Source of the DNA: Nemertoderma westbladi
Taxonomy: Eukaryota; Animalia; Xenacoelomorpha
Assembly (NCBI GenBank): GCA_032718475.1
Contig: JAUCBJ010008282.1
Span: 27,488 to 91,487, forward strand
Length of the DNA stretch: 64,000 nt
Direction of reading: 5' to 3'
Part shown: positions 63,970 to 64,000 of the stretch, in pieces
How the letters are laid out: every line of letters starts with the position of its first letter
Numbering within the stretch: position 1 is the stretch's first letter
Made by a program: the position numbers and the translations under genes
The notes under the pieces: model-generated
Databases searched by the model: none
Told to the model about the DNA's origin: nothing
What the model saw: the letters and a program-made list of their open reading frames with translations, nothing else

Positions 63970-64000
63970 CATGGGCCATGGGTACGACCATGGAGCCCAT
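63970..64000 (+). mobile_element. Start of RTE-like copy 3
   Basis: CATGGGCCATGGGTACGACCATGGAGCCCAT, identical to the 5' junction of copies 1 and 2. Confidence 0.9.

Larger units (their letters stand above)
52112..64000. repeat. Satellite array (monomers ~200-315 bp, variable 18-bp GACTTATATACGGTTTTT subrepeat) in a 4,512-bp higher-order repeat
   Basis: Constant 4,512 offset (52637/57149/61661; 54946/59458/63970); about 14 monomers plus one RTE fragment per unit. Confidence 0.97.

Noticed and set aside
52112-64000. Conserved cores with variable interspaces resembling a CRISPR array
   Set aside because: Interspaces are themselves repeats, units are 200+ bp, there are no cas genes, and the context is eukaryotic.

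Overview
This is eukaryotic (probably invertebrate) repeat-dense DNA with no recognisable host gene; almost everything is transposons or satellite. There are three BEL/Pao LTR retrotransposons: A (minus strand, runs off the left edge), B (plus strand, 5'-truncated) and C (minus strand, complete, 2.3-kb LTRs, ACTTG target-site duplication). A GalEa-type Copia element is nested in the gag of C. An APE-RT LINE and a 5'-truncated RTE-like LINE sit in a ~200-315-bp satellite; the RTE copy was amplified with the satellite as a 4,512-bp higher-order repeat. There are also piggyBac-like and Transib-like ends and a (TAAG)n tract. Two observations stand out. First, the divergent elements B and C both carry, at the env position, a homologous large ORF with a DEDDy-like 3'-5' exonuclease (ExoIII YxxxE) and three CCHC zinc knuckles. 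Second, C has no tRNA primer-binding site, but the 10 nt at that position are exactly complementary to a 10-mer in its own LTR, suggesting tRNA-independent self-priming. All alignments were done by eye; no database searches were run.
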